Source of the DNA: an uncultured Calditrichaceae bacterium
GTDB taxonomy: Bacteria; Calditrichota; Calditrichia; RBG-13-44-9
Reading direction: 5' to 3'
NCBI GenBank assembly: GCA_964452045.1
Contig: CAYVKM010000009.1
Coordinates: 2,925-66,924 of the forward strand
Length of the DNA: 64,000 nt
The translations under genes and the position numbers were made by a program. Below are positions 19,193-29,842 of this stretch, one piece after another. How positions within the stretch are numbered: the stretch's first letter is position 1; every line of letters begins with the position of its first letter. The notes beneath the pieces are model-generated. The model ran no database searches. It worked only from the letters and a program-made list of their open reading frames with translations, and was not told the origin of the DNA.

Positions 19193-20743
19193 ATGGCGCG
19201 TGCTCGAAGAATTATCCAGATTTGTTTTCTGGTTTTTTTTGTATTTTTGTTTATGAGGGCAAGATATCCCTATGAGGTAAATCTCGAGAGTGATTTATTT
19301 CTTCGCTTTTCGCCGCTCATCCCACTTTTTTATTTTATCGACAATCTGAAACTGGCTTATTTCTTGTGGCCGGCAATTATCATTCTGTTATTAACTCCAT
19401 TCATCGGGCGTTTTTTCTGCGGATGGATTTGCCCATTAGGTTCGTCCCTGGACGTCTTTCACCGCATTTTCAGACGTAAAAATGAAAACATTAGACTGAA
19501 ACGCACAAACTGGCCCTGGCTTAAATTCGGGATCCTGTCTTCGCTTATACTCCTAGCTATTTTTTCTATCAATTTGTGGGGATATTTTGATCCCCTGGCG
19601 CTGTTGACCCGAATCTTTACCGTACTTCTCTTTCCTTTCTCAACTCTGATTGTTGAAAATTCTTTACTCTCTGCCGCGAAAATTCCCTACCTCGAATCAT
19701 TCAGTTATTCCATTTACGATTCTTTTAAATATAATATAATGCCGGAAGACCAGGTTCGTCTGGCGGGACTGGTGTTAATAATAATCCTGGCAATTATCGT
19801 TTTTAGCATTGAATACTATTCGCGGCGATTTTGGTGCCGGAATATCTGCCCTGCAGGAGCCCTCCTGGGCCTATTATCCTCATTCCGTTTCTATGAGAGA
19901 TTGGTGGGTGAAAGTTGTACCCTGTGCAATAAATGCCAGCGGGATTGTAAAATGAATGCTATACCTGAATCGGATGTAAAAGAAACCAACAAGGTTGAGT
20001 GTATCGAATGTTTTAATTGCTGGGAGAAATGTCCGCCCAAGTCCAAATCAATTGTTTTTCGATTCCGATTAAGGCCGTATCTCAGCAAACCGGATTTAAG
20101 CCGGCGGCAATTCATCGGCTCAACCCTTACCGGTCTTGCCACTATCGGATTGTTCGGTTTAGTCGGGGAAAACAAAACCGCCGAGGCAAAACTGATCCGT
20201 CCACCCGGCGCTTTACCCGAACCAGAATTTTTAGACCACTGTATTCGCTGTCTGGAATGTGTCAGAATTTGTGCTTCCAACGGCAGGTGTCTGCAGCCGG
20301 CCGGATGGGATCAGAAGCTGGTAAATCTATGGACGCCGGTTGCCAACATGCGAGAGGGCTATTGCGAATATAATTGCAACCTGTGCGGCGCCGTTTGCCC
20401 GACTGATGCCATTTTGCCCTTGTCGCTGGAGGTTAAACAGAAAACGCCGATGGGGATCGCCTATTTTGATAAAAATTTGTGTATTCCATTTGTTCGAAAT
20501 GAGGATTGTATTGTTTGCGAAGAGCATTGCCCAACCCCCGACAAAGCAATTAAGTTTGAACAGAAAGAAGCGATCCTCCCGGATGGCACAACCCGGTTTG
20601 TGAAATATCCTTATGTCAGAAGAGATTTATGCATCGGCTGCGGAATCTGTGAAGAAAAATGCCCTATACCTGGCCCGCCGGGGGTATTTGTTATAAAAGA
20701 GAATGAAAAAAGGTGGGATTCACTGCCTGAAAATATTTCTTGA
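19193..20743 (+). CDS. Membrane polyferredoxin (NapH/NapG-like fusion, 4Fe-4S binding)
   Basis: GRFFCGWICPLG and RRFWCRNICPAG motifs, several TM helices, multiple CxxCxxC...CP motifs, internal SRRQFIG followed by a hydrophobic helix and IRPPGA. Confidence 0.9.
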   Translation: MARARRIIQICFLVFFVFLFMRARYPYEVNLESDLFLRFSPLIPLFYFIDNLKLAYFLWPAIIILLLTPFIGRFFCGWICPLGSSLDVFHRIFRRKNENIRLKRTNWPWLKFGILSSLILLAIFSINLWGYFDPLALLTRIFTVLLFPFSTLIVENSLLSAAKIPYLESFSYSIYDSFKYNIMPEDQVRLAGLVLIIILAIIVFSIEYYSRRFWCRNICPAGALLGLLSSFRFYERLVGESCTLCNKCQRDCKMNAIPESDVKETNKVECIECFNCWEKCPPKSKSIVFRFRLRPYLSKPDLSRRQFIGSTLTGLATIGLFGLVGENKTAEAKLIRPPGALPEPEFLDHCIRCLECVRICASNGRCLQPAGWDQKLVNLWTPVANMREGYCEYNCNLCGAVCPTDAILPLSLEVKQKTPMGIAYFDKNLCIPFVRNEDCIVCEEHCPTPDKAIKFEQKEAILPDGTTRFVKYPYVRRDLCIGCGICEEKCPIPGPPGVFVIKENEKRWDSLPENIS

Positions 20744-20788
20744 TAATTCCGGCAAACTGACTCTTAATAAAAATACCATTTAATACAT

Positions 20789-20971
20789 TCAGGAAATTTT
20801 TTCAGCCTCATCAATCAGCATAATCGGGATGTCGTCTTCCACCCGGTATAACAGCTTACATTTGTGACACACCAGTTTCCCGTTTTTATCATTGGTTTTA
20901 TCCGGGGTGTATTCCAGATCACCTTTGCATTTGGGACAGGCAATGATTTCCAGTAATTGTTTATCTAACAT
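20789..20971 (-). CDS. Trm112/YcaR family protein
   Basis: LLEIIACPKCKG.L...LVCHKC...Y.V.DDIPIMLIDEA. Confidence 0.9.
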   Translation of the reverse strand: MLDKQLLEIIACPKCKGDLEYTPDKTNDKNGKLVCHKCKLLYRVEDDIPIMLIDEAEKIS

Positions 20972-21000
20972 AAAGTACTCCAGATAATATTGGCAATTGT

Positions 21001-21987
21001 CTATTTTGATTTAGAAGATTTTTCCGTCCAGTAACCCATTTTGGAAAATTTTTCAATCCGTTTATCGATCAAATCTTTCTTATCCAATTTTTTTAACCGC
21101 GCTATTTCATCCAATAAATGCTTTTTCAGAATTTTTGCTGCCTCATCATGATCCCAATGAGCTCCACCCGGTGGTTCTTTCACAATTTTATCGATAATCC
21201 CCAGTTCCAGTAAATCCGGTGCGGTTAATTTCATAACCTCTGCTGCCTGAGGGGCTTTGGCATTATCCCGCCAGAGAATAGCCGCACAGCCTTCGGGAGA
21301 GATTACCGAATACCAACAATTTTCCAGCATCAGGATAACATCCCCTACACCGATACCTAAAGCGCCACCGGAAGCACCCTCACCAATAATAGCAATGATG
21401 ATCGGTACCGGCAGGCGGGCCATCTCAAAGAGATTTTTGGCGATTGCCTCGGCCTGTCCACGTTCCTCCGCCTGAATTCCCGGGTAGGCGCCGGGAGTAT
21501 CCAGCAGAGAGATCACCGGCATATTAAATTTAGCAGCCAGACTCATAATCCTTCGTGCCTTCCGATAACCCTCCGGATGGGCCATGCCAAAGTTGCGGTA
21601 TAAATTTTCCTTTACATCCCGGCCCTTCTGATGACCGATAATGGCGATTCTCTGATCGTCCAGGAAACCTATTCCTGAGACAATCGCCGGATCATCCGAA
21701 TAATACCGGTCCCCATGCAGTTCGAAGAAATCGGTTACCATCCGTTTGATATAATCCAGGGTGTACGGCCGGTCGGGATGCCGGGCTAACTGAACCCTTT
21801 GCCAGGGCGTTAGTTTGGAATAAATTTCTTTTTGTAAAGTGTATGCTTTTCGGTTCAATCGCTTGATGTCCTCGGAAAGATCCAAACCGGTTTCCCGTGC
21901 GTAGTCTTCCATTTCAATGATCTTTTTTTGCAACTCCACCACCGGTTTTTCAAAATCCAAAACCATGCGAAAACTTTTTTTCAACAT
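21001..21987 (-). CDS. accA: Acetyl-CoA carboxylase carboxyltransferase alpha subunit
   Basis: [60 protein letters not shown]. Confidence 0.97.
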   Translation of the reverse strand: MLKKSFRMVLDFEKPVVELQKKIIEMEDYARETGLDLSEDIKRLNRKAYTLQKEIYSKLTPWQRVQLARHPDRPYTLDYIKRMVTDFFELHGDRYYSDDPAIVSGIGFLDDQRIAIIGHQKGRDVKENLYRNFGMAHPEGYRKARRIMSLAAKFNMPVISLLDTPGAYPGIQAEERGQAEAIAKNLFEMARLPVPIIIAIIGEGASGGALGIGVGDVILMLENCWYSVISPEGCAAILWRDNAKAPQAAEVMKLTAPDLLELGIIDKIVKEPPGGAHWDHDEAAKILKKHLLDEIARLKKLDKKDLIDKRIEKFSKMGYWTEKSSKSK

Positions 21988-22002
21988 AAAAAATTCCTCT
22001 GG

Positions 22003-22734
22003 CTAATACCGCCCGAATAAACTCCACAATTTTAGCTTCCAGACCACAAAGACTGCTTCCATGATGATGCGTTTGGACATTTTTGAAGCACCCTCGGTTC
22101 GGTCATGAAAGATAATAGGAATTTCTTTGATTTTAAACCCTCTTTTCCATGCCTTAAAATTCATTTCAATTTGAAATGAATATCCGCTCGAACTGACTTT
22201 CTCCAGCGGTATGGATTCCAGGACCTGTCGATCAAAACATTTAAAACCACTGGTACAGTCATGAATGGGTAAACCGGTAATAAAACGGGTGTATTTACTG
22301 GCCATCACACTGATAAATAATCGGATCAATGGCCAGTTAATGACATTGACCCCGGTAAGATAACGAGAACCAATCACAAGATCGGTCTCCTTCATGGCAT
22401 TCAAGAAATTCGGGATTTCTTTAGGATCGTGCGACAGATCTGCATCCATTTCAAAAATATACCGATAATCTCGCTCCAGTGCATACTTGAATCCGGTGAC
22501 GTATGCTGTTCCCAGTCCCAGTTTACCCGACCGTTGAATCATAAAAAGTGAGTTTTGGTTTTTCATATACCGCTTGATGAATTCTGCCGTACCATCGGGT
22601 GAATTGTCATCTATTATTAGAACATCCAAATTTTCAATTCCCAGCCCAAACACCACATTCAGCACTTTCTCTATATTTTTGATCTCATTGTATGTTGGTA
22701 TAATAACCAGTACGCGATTCAGATTCTTATCCAT
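22003..22734 (-). CDS. Polyprenol-phosphate mannose synthase (GT2, Dpm1/Ppm1-like)
   Basis: IPTYNE, IDDNSPDGT, GKLGLGTAY, EMDADLSHDP, VIGSRY, DCTSGFKC, GYSFQIE. Confidence 0.9.
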   Translation of the reverse strand: MDKNLNRVLVIIPTYNEIKNIEKVLNVVFGLGIENLDVLIIDDNSPDGTAEFIKRYMKNQNSLFMIQRSGKLGLGTAYVTGFKYALERDYRYIFEMDADLSHDPKEIPNFLNAMKETDLVIGSRYLTGVNVINWPLIRLFISVMASKYTRFITGLPIHDCTSGFKCFDRQVLESIPLEKVSSSGYSFQIEMNFKAWKRGFKIKEIPIIFHDRTEGASKMSKRIIMEAVFVVWKLKLWSLFGRY

Positions 22735-23632
22735 CCTTTTGCAATTTCCATCTTAAAAATATGAGAGATTCTTCAACCGAGCGAGGCGTATAATACAATT
22801 TTTTTTCTGCCAAGTCAATTTTTAAACCGCCTCTGGACGGTCGGTTTGCTGCCTGCCCAAGTTCTTTTGTTTCAATCGGAGCTACCAAGTCTTCCGGTTT
22901 ATTAAAGACACCGCAAATTTTTAGGGTAAAATCATACCGGCTCAGATAGTCCCGACCAGCCAGATGATACTTGCCCAATGCCGCCTGGTCAATTATTAAC
23001 TGACTTCCGAGAGCAAGATCTTCCGCTAAAGTCGGATTATTAAACTGATCTGTCACAACCCGAATTTTTTTATTGTTCTGCAGGTTCTCCAGGACCCAGA
23101 GAAAGAAATTTTTTTTCACATCTACCCCACTGCCATATAGCACACAGGTTCTGACGATGGTAAACGGAAGGCCAATCTGCTGCAGAACATTTTCCGATGC
23201 CAGCTTTGATTTTCCATAATAGCCCAGGGGATTAGGACGGGCAGATTCATCATAAGGCCCATCTTTACCATCAAATACATAATCGGTCGAATAGTGTATC
23301 AGGTGAACATCCAGATTTCTGGCAATCTTGGCCAGATTTTCCACGCCCTTCACATTTACCTGCCAACACAACTCCTTGTCCTTTTCGCATCCATCAACGT
23401 CAGTAAAGGAGGCAGCATTTAAAATTGCTTCCGGATTAAAATCCTTGATGAGGTCCTTACATTTCTGGATATTGGTAATATCCAACTTCTGGTAACCCCA
23501 ACCCTCTTCGGTTAAAAACGGGTGTTTTTCCAGACCCGTTCCCAATATTTCATATTTTTCTTTTAAAACCTGGATCAGGGCCTGACCAAGTAAACCATTT
23601 GCCCCTGTAATTACAACTTTTTTCATATTCAA
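22727..23632 (-). CDS. rfbD: dTDP-4-dehydrorhamnose reductase family SDR
   Basis: TGANGLLG, TDVDGCE, STDYVFDG, YGKSK, DQF.NPT. Confidence 0.85.
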   Translation of the reverse strand: MNMKKVVITGANGLLGQALIQVLKEKYEILGTGLEKHPFLTEEGWGYQKLDITNIQKCKDLIKDFNPEAILNAASFTDVDGCEKDKELCWQVNVKGVENLAKIARNLDVHLIHYSTDYVFDGKDGPYDESARPNPLGYYGKSKLASENVLQQIGLPFTIVRTCVLYGSGVDVKKNFFLWVLENLQNNKKIRVVTDQFNNPTLAEDLALGSQLIIDQAALGKYHLAGRDYLSRYDFTLKICGVFNKPEDLVAPIETKELGQAANRPSRGGLKIDLAEKKLYYTPRSVEESLIFLRWKLQKDG

Positions 23633-23641
23633 TAAATTTTA

Positions 23642-24547
23642 CTAATTAAACTCTTCAATTTTTGATGGGAGCAGATCCATTTCATCGGTACCTTTCAGCA
23701 GACAATTTGCCGCTCCCGCCTTATTGGCAAAATGTAGTGCCTGATTAATATCTTTGGTCTTCAAGTAGCCCCAGACAAAGGCTGCCCCAAACACATCTCC
23801 ACAACCCGTAGTATCTTCCAAATGGCTGAGGGTGATACCAGGAGTTTGCTTATGGCGAATCTTTTTTTCCTTCCGGTAGATCATCCGGGCTCCCTCACGG
23901 CCAAGAGTAATAATTAAGACCTGATCTTTTTTAAAGTACTGCTCATAGAATGCCAGATAGTGCATGGAATTATCGGTGATGATTTCAAATTCTCTCTGGT
24001 TCATCTGAATAAATTTTGATCCCTGTAACCAATTTTTAATACCATCCGGACACCTGGGATAACGGTGGCCCATTTCATCGATTCCCATCACCAGAAAATG
24101 GACATCCAGATACATCCGGTCGTATTTTTTCCGGCTCAATTTCTGATATGCTTTATACGACACATCCCAACCGGTGATCAGATTTACCAGATAAAAATCC
24201 ATGGACAGAAAAGGTTTAATATGCTTCCAGTCCAGCGGCGGAAAATTCAACAGCGCCTGTTCTGCCCGTTCTTCCGGTGATTTATACTCTAAAATCACTT
24301 TATGATTTTTCTGATCGAGCAAAATTAATCCGGACTGGTCTATGTTTGCGTTTTTATCAATCACAGATTCAAACGGATTGGTTAAATCATTACCAATGAA
24401 AGATACTGGAAAAAGTTCGATTTCATTGCTACCCAATTCCGAAAAGGCCGATGTGGTATAAAATATTCCACCGAGACTTTGGATGGGCGCCCCGCCAAAG
24501 GGAAGGATAAGATCCCGGTTAATCGTACCGATAACTGCAATTTTCAT
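23642..24547 (-). CDS. PfkB family carbohydrate kinase
   Basis: ITLGREGA, DTTGCGDVFGAAF signature; ATG 24547 overlaps the purE stop (ATGA). Confidence 0.85.
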   Translation of the reverse strand: MKIAVIGTINRDLILPFGGAPIQSLGGIFYTTSAFSELGSNEIELFPVSFIGNDLTNPFESVIDKNANIDQSGLILLDQKNHKVILEYKSPEERAEQALLNFPPLDWKHIKPFLSMDFYLVNLITGWDVSYKAYQKLSRKKYDRMYLDVHFLVMGIDEMGHRYPRCPDGIKNWLQGSKFIQMNQREFEIITDNSMHYLAFYEQYFKKDQVLIITLGREGARMIYRKEKKIRHKQTPGITLSHLEDTTGCGDVFGAAFVWGYLKTKDINQALHFANKAGAANCLLKGTDEMDLLPSKIEEFN

Positions 24548-25008
24548 CCGGGAATCCGACATTTATTTTGTTTAAACGCTTCCAATTTGGCAGAAACTTT
24601 ATCATCATATCGGGCAATGATCTGGGCAGCAAAAATTGCCGCATTCCTTACTCCTGCCTTGCCGATTGCCATGGTAGCCACCGGAACTCCGGCGGGCATC
24701 TGTACAATTGAATAAAGCGCATCCTGACCCTTAAGCGGACCGGCTTCAAGAGGAACACCAATAACCGGAAGTTTGGTATAGGCTGCCACCACACCCGGCA
24801 AATGCGCCGCCATACCTGCACAGGCGATAATTACCTCAAATTTATTTTTCTCTGCCGATGTCGCAAACTCCTGAACTAGCACCGGCGTCCGATGCGCCGA
24901 GCGGACAAACAACTCCGGCTGAATCCCAAAATATTCCAAAAACGGCAGCGCTTCCTCTACAACTGGTTTATCCGACTCACTTCCCATAATAATGGCTACT
25001 TTTCGCAC
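24544..25008 (-). CDS. purE: N5-CAIR mutase / AIR carboxylase catalytic subunit
   Basis: IIMGSESD, SAHRTP, AGMAAHLPG, PVIGVP, SIVQMPAGVPVAT; GTG start. Confidence 0.96.
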   Translation of the reverse strand: MRKVAIIMGSESDKPVVEEALPFLEYFGIQPELFVRSAHRTPVLVQEFATSAEKNKFEVIIACAGMAAHLPGVVAAYTKLPVIGVPLEAGPLKGQDALYSIVQMPAGVPVATMAIGKAGVRNAAIFAAQIIARYDDKVSAKLEAFKQNKCRIPG

Positions 25009-25019
25009 AGCATAATCCT

Positions 25020-26057
25020 CTATTGTTTGTTTCCTGGTTCTTTCTGAACGTTAAAGGTATAAATCAAAACATCAAGTTGATCCAGATAGGGAACTTTTCT
25101 TTTCCCGATTGCCTGGACATAGTAATCAAGCATATAAATTCTGTTGGTTTCAGAATCAATAAAGGTTATATCACGAAAAGGCCCGCCGACCTGTAGACTG
25201 TCATTTTTCCAGGTGCCTTCCAGTTTAATGGCATTCCATCCTTTAAAATTTATAGAAAAAGCCTGGGTCTCCTCTTCCACCACTTTATCCCCATGAAATA
25301 CTTTTTTGGCTAACCGATTCCGCTCATCAATAACCCGGCGGGAGGTAAGTTGAAAAGTATCCGGCTTGGGTAACCAGTGGACCAGAATGGAACGGTCCGG
25401 ATCGAAACGCCGAATCCAGACATAATTTTCCTGTAAACTTTCATCGGCAATAAAATAATCGTGCTGCACCCGCATGGTGAATGGGAAATGAGCGGCAATA
25501 TATTTCTCCAATTTCTTTTGCTCCATGTGATCAAACATTTCATCCCGTAGCCGGGTAAAATAGTATTTTCTGAAATCCTGATAGGCCAGTTCTCCCAGGT
25601 CGATTATTTTTTGGATCATGTCATCCACCGAATTGGCCACAAAAAACAAAACATACTGATTTCTGACCCAAACATCTTTCTTTGGGATATAAAAGTATTT
25701 TCCGGTTTTTACGCCTTCAATAATGTCCTTATTCAGCAAACTGTTTACGTTTTCGGAAACCGGATCATTGGAATTTAACCTTCCGAGGATAAAAATATTT
25801 TTTGACTTTTTATAGGCATTAAATTTATCAAACGGCACCCATCTTAAAAGATATTCCCTTTCCATGATCGGTGTGCGGACATATTTACCAAAAATATTAT
25901 TTAATGGTTCCTGATAAAGCAGCCAGTCTGACGAATCCGCAAATACATATACAATATCGTCATCTCCCACTGCCGTGCCCATACTACCACAATTGTAGGC
26001 AATAAAAACACAGGACAATAAAACAAGAATCAAGGTGATTAGTTTGAATTTTTTCAT
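25020..26057 (-). CDS. DUF4837 family lipoprotein
   Basis: Lipoprotein-like signal (IAYN-C); KDVW...QY, GTW.N....GGPF, K...L.QL motifs. Confidence 0.75.
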   Translation of the reverse strand: MKKFKLITLILVLLSCVFIAYNCGSMGTAVGDDDIVYVFADSSDWLLYQEPLNNIFGKYVRTPIMEREYLLRWVPFDKFNAYKKSKNIFILGRLNSNDPVSENVNSLLNKDIIEGVKTGKYFYIPKKDVWVRNQYVLFFVANSVDDMIQKIIDLGELAYQDFRKYYFTRLRDEMFDHMEQKKLEKYIAAHFPFTMRVQHDYFIADESLQENYVWIRRFDPDRSILVHWLPKPDTFQLTSRRVIDERNRLAKKVFHGDKVVEEETQAFSINFKGWNAIKLEGTWKNDSLQVGGPFRDITFIDSETNRIYMLDYYVQAIGKRKVPYLDQLDVLIYTFNVQKEPGNKQ

Positions 26058-27031
26058 ATCACGTTTCCTTCCTTTAGTTCGGGCGTTTTAAGACCTTTAT
26101 GTCTATAAAATAGGAAAAAAGCACCACCAATAAAACTAACAATTATGGGAATTACAGTCACCGAAAAGGAAAGTGAAAGTATTTGGGCCGGATGCAATCC
26201 TAGTCTGAGAAGCAGTAACATATATCCGCTGTCCCGCACACCCAGACCGTTAATTGAAGGTAATAAACCGATAACAAAAGTAATTGGTACTACCAAACAA
26301 AGATAACCGAAAGAGATTTCAGTGAGATCCAGCGCCCGGGCTAAAATATAATTCATAATAATCAACATAAATTGCGCTAACAACGAGAAAATATAAGTGC
26401 CCAAAAGGATGCTCTTTTTATCCCGGTAATAATGAAGCGTATCAAAGACTTTGGTAATTTTATCTCCCAGATCATAAAAGGTTAACAGGGAAAGAATTCC
26501 ATTAAAACGCCGGTACAGCCGGCGACTCATGATCACTGCGATAAACATGGCGATAATCAAGCTAATGAATATTGTAATATAGACTATTTTTCTGGTATGA
26601 AAATATTCAGTCAGCCAATAAAGAGAAACGATAGCGAAAGAGAGTGTTGCTAATAATCCAATAAGTCTTTCCAGAAATACGGTTCCGATACTGGCACTCT
26701 TGTCTCCACTGGTTTGCGAAAGATAATAGGCCCGGCTCAGGTCGCCACCAATGCTTGTAGGAAGAAAATTATTAAAGAAAAAACCTATAAAGTAAAAAAT
26801 GGTTAGCTTACCAAATTTGACATGCATACCATAGGATCTGGTTAAAAATTGCCAGCGGGCAGCCATTAAAAATACCGAGAGAACAAAAACAAACATAGCC
26901 AGAAAGATTGATGAGGCATCTAATCTTTCCAACGCTTGCAAGATTTTCCGGATATCAGCGATATAGAGTAAATAAATTAGCAATCCGACACTGATTAGAA
27001 TCCGAATAATGTTAAGAATAACTTTTTTCAT
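26054..27031 (-). CDS. Flippase-like membrane protein (lysylphosphatidylglycerol synthase TM / AglD-like)
   Basis: ARWQ.L, FFNNFLPTSIGGD..R, ERLIG, LP.SINGLGVRD; about 8 TM segments. Confidence 0.88.
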   Translation of the reverse strand: MKKVILNIIRILISVGLLIYLLYIADIRKILQALERLDASSIFLAMFVFVLSVFLMAARWQFLTRSYGMHVKFGKLTIFYFIGFFFNNFLPTSIGGDLSRAYYLSQTSGDKSASIGTVFLERLIGLLATLSFAIVSLYWLTEYFHTRKIVYITIFISLIIAMFIAVIMSRRLYRRFNGILSLLTFYDLGDKITKVFDTLHYYRDKKSILLGTYIFSLLAQFMLIIMNYILARALDLTEISFGYLCLVVPITFVIGLLPSINGLGVRDSGYMLLLLRLGLHPAQILSLSFSVTVIPIIVSFIGGAFFLFYRHKGLKTPELKEGNVI

Positions 27032-27103
27032 CGATTTACAGACTATTCTATGTTTCTACCTGGTATAAAGATTCCGGTTAAACTGTTTACCTACTAAATG
27101 AAG

Positions 27104-27126
27104 ATGAGGAGGGTATTCCTCCTCAT
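27104..27126. terminator. Intergenic hairpin (possible terminator or processing stem)
   Basis: ATGAGGAGG-GTATT-CCTCCTCAT perfect 9-bp stem; no strong U-tract. Confidence 0.4.
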
Positions 27127-27174
27127 TCTTAGACGCAGATCTGACCATTTTCCCAGATAATTTTATCAGCAGAA

Positions 27175-29814
27175 TTACTTCTGCTTATTTTCTTTCGCCA
27201 ATTTCTGGCGATAATCGTTTAAACGGTTCTGCGCACCCTTATCGTTGGGATTATTCTTCAGCCAGTCTTCCAGAATATCGATCGCCTTCTGATAATTTTT
27301 GTTTCTGCCATATAAATCTACCAGATATCCTTTGGCCTGAGTATTAGTAGGATCTGCCCTCAGTACCTCTTCAAAAGCTTGCCGGGCAGCATCATACACC
27401 TGCAAATTAGTCAGGATCTTTCCCATTTCATCCAAATCGCGCAGGGAATAATTATCCGGATTCAGGCTATCCTTAGGAATAATTCCCGAATAAATCCCAT
27501 ACGACTCCATGTAATATTTAATCGCCCGGTTAGTGTAAGGAATCACCGAAGGTGGCATTACCTCATTTGCTTTGGTAATGAGATTGGCAATCTTTTCCTG
27601 ATCATTCTGACTGGCATAATAATTGGCCAGCTGAATAAATGCTGACCGGTAATTTTGCAACAAGGCAATAATATTATCATTAAAATAAACATCAGGATTA
27701 TTCAGGTTACGATACTGGTACTTATTCATCAGATTATCATAAAGTATATCCGCATCGATTGACCAGTTTGATATGGTTGTAATTTTAAAGGCCAATCCGT
27801 CCATACGCAGATAACGCTGTAACCCATCCAGCATATTGTCGCGGGAAACAGTGACTGCAAAATAGAGAGGTTTCCTAAAATTGTTGGCATAGAGAGTATT
27901 GAGGATCAAATAATCCTGCACCCGCAGGTAACGACCAAATATTTTTGGTCCTAGGTCAAACTCCATAGATGTACTGACCTCCGGTTTACCCAGATGAAAA
28001 CTCTCTTGATATTCTTCCTTTTCCCGGTCAACAACTGTTTCCGGTAAATCAATTTTGATCGTCCTTTTTTCCGGCCAGGGAACAGGCATTATTTTGTCGA
28101 TTTCTGCATCGGACAATGAAATGGGTACCTTGGGATCCTTGTGTTTCAGTTGGGAAATGTACCAGTTGGTATTTAGTAAACTTAAATTGGCAACCCGCAC
28201 ATCCCGGCGAACTTCCGGCACTTCCTGCAAATACCAGAGCGGGAAGGTATCATTATCACCATTGGTATAAATGATCCCATCATTTTCGCAGGTTACCAGC
28301 ATATTATAAGAATAATCCCAGGCGACATAGTTGCCGCTCCGATCATGATGATGGAAGTTTTTTATCAAGACCTGCACCGGGGAGATTAGAAATAATATCG
28401 CGGAAAGCGATAGCGGCACAAACGATTTAATGGCCGATTCATGAGTTTGTTTTGAGAACCATTCCAAAATCGCCGCAGCGCCAATGCCTATCCAAACGGA
28501 AAAGGCAAAAAAGGACCCCACATAACTATAGTCCCGTTCCCGGGGCTGCGGATCCGGTTGATTCAGATAAATAATAACAGCCAGACCAGTCATGAAAAAC
28601 AAGGCAAATACCGCTAAACCATATTTCCAATCTCTCTTAAAATGATACCATGCGCCCAGAAGACCAAGGAGGAACGGAATACCTAAAAATTTAGTCCAGC
28701 TGAAACTATCGCTGGTATCACTTTCTCCCATAAAATTCCACAAAAAATAGCGGGTATACATTTTTTGCACCTGATAATTCCAGAAGAAATCCCACACACT
28801 GGAATATTGTTTCCCGTTTGGTGAATCGGCCAGTACTTTTGAGCGATCGAGGGTATGTTCCCCATATTGCTCACGGTTCATATAGCTGATAAATTTTTCG
28901 ATAGTTTCGGGATTATTTTCATCGATATCGGGATCCAGGTTCGAGCGAATGTAAATTGTGGCATAGGTGGAGTACCCGATAACCACCAAAAGAATCGATG
29001 TAATGAGCAGGGCGGCAATATTTTTCTTGTTGTTGACCGTGTAAGCCAGCAAAATTATTAAGACAAGAATGGAAAGTAAGAGTCCAAAAAAACCTCCCTT
29101 TTCTGCTATAACTGGTATCCCCTGAACCACACCCGGATAAATAAGGCCAGTCAACAGCGCACCTACCAAAACCAGAAAAATAAAGGTAGTTCTGTTTAGT
29201 GGATATTTCTTGTAGTAAATGATCATAAAAACCATTGGTAAAGCCAGCACATTCAGCAAATGCACACCAACAGCCAACCCGACAAGATACATGATAAAAA
29301 GAAGGTATTTTTCATTCCCAATTTCTTCAGATCTTTCGCTCCAGAACATGATCAGCCAAACCACCAGGGAAGTAAAAAGCATGGACGGAGCGTACACTTC
29401 TGCTTCTACCGCATTGAACCAGAAACTAGTGGTGAACGCAAAGGTAAGTGCACCAATCATGCTTCCAATAAATGGTACATAACGCATAAAACCATTATTT
29501 TCTTTAAGGTACGCCTTAATCATGATCACCGTGGTCAAATACAGAAACATCACAGTAAAGGCACTGGAAAGTGTGGAGATTAAATTTACCCTCTTGGCGA
29601 TATCCGCAAAAATGGGAATCATACTGAATATCCGGCCTACCAGCAGATAAAGCGGAGCACCCGGAGGATGTGGTACGGCCATGCGGTAAGAGCAGGCAAT
29701 AAATTCACCACAATCCCAGAATGAAACTGTGGGTGCAATAGTCAGATAGTAAATAATAAAACTAAAAAGAAAGACAAAGGCGGCAAATATTCTATTGAGT
29801 TTTCGATCGTCCAT
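27175..29814 (-). CDS. DUF2723 / TMEM260-like GT-C membrane glycosyltransferase with C-terminal TPRs
   Basis: SFWDCGEFI, HPPGAPLY, AVEAEVYA, GVHLL, PRERDYSY, GDNDTFPLWYLQEV, NLSLLNT.WY; TPR-like C-terminus. Confidence 0.88.
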   Translation of the reverse strand: MDDRKLNRIFAAFVFLFSFIIYYLTIAPTVSFWDCGEFIACSYRMAVPHPPGAPLYLLVGRIFSMIPIFADIAKRVNLISTLSSAFTVMFLYLTTVIMIKAYLKENNGFMRYVPFIGSMIGALTFAFTTSFWFNAVEAEVYAPSMLFTSLVVWLIMFWSERSEEIGNEKYLLFIMYLVGLAVGVHLLNVLALPMVFMIIYYKKYPLNRTTFIFLVLVGALLTGLIYPGVVQGIPVIAEKGGFFGLLLSILVLIILLAYTVNNKKNIAALLITSILLVVIGYSTYATIYIRSNLDPDIDENNPETIEKFISYMNREQYGEHTLDRSKVLADSPNGKQYSSVWDFFWNYQVQKMYTRYFLWNFMGESDTSDSFSWTKFLGIPFLLGLLGAWYHFKRDWKYGLAVFALFFMTGLAVIIYLNQPDPQPRERDYSYVGSFFAFSVWIGIGAAAILEWFSKQTHESAIKSFVPLSLSAILFLISPVQVLIKNFHHHDRSGNYVAWDYSYNMLVTCENDGIIYTNGDNDTFPLWYLQEVPEVRRDVRVANLSLLNTNWYISQLKHKDPKVPISLSDAEIDKIMPVPWPEKRTIKIDLPETVVDREKEEYQESFHLGKPEVSTSMEFDLGPKIFGRYLRVQDYLILNTLYANNFRKPLYFAVTVSRDNMLDGLQRYLRMDGLAFKITTISNWSIDADILYDNLMNKYQYRNLNNPDVYFNDNIIALLQNYRSAFIQLANYYASQNDQEKIANLITKANEVMPPSVIPYTNRAIKYYMESYGIYSGIIPKDSLNPDNYSLRDLDEMGKILTNLQVYDAARQAFEEVLRADPTNTQAKGYLVDLYGRNKNYQKAIDILEDWLKNNPNDKGAQNRLNDYRQKLAKENKQK

Positions 29815-29842
29815 CCGAACTTGAACTCCTTCTTTTAATATT

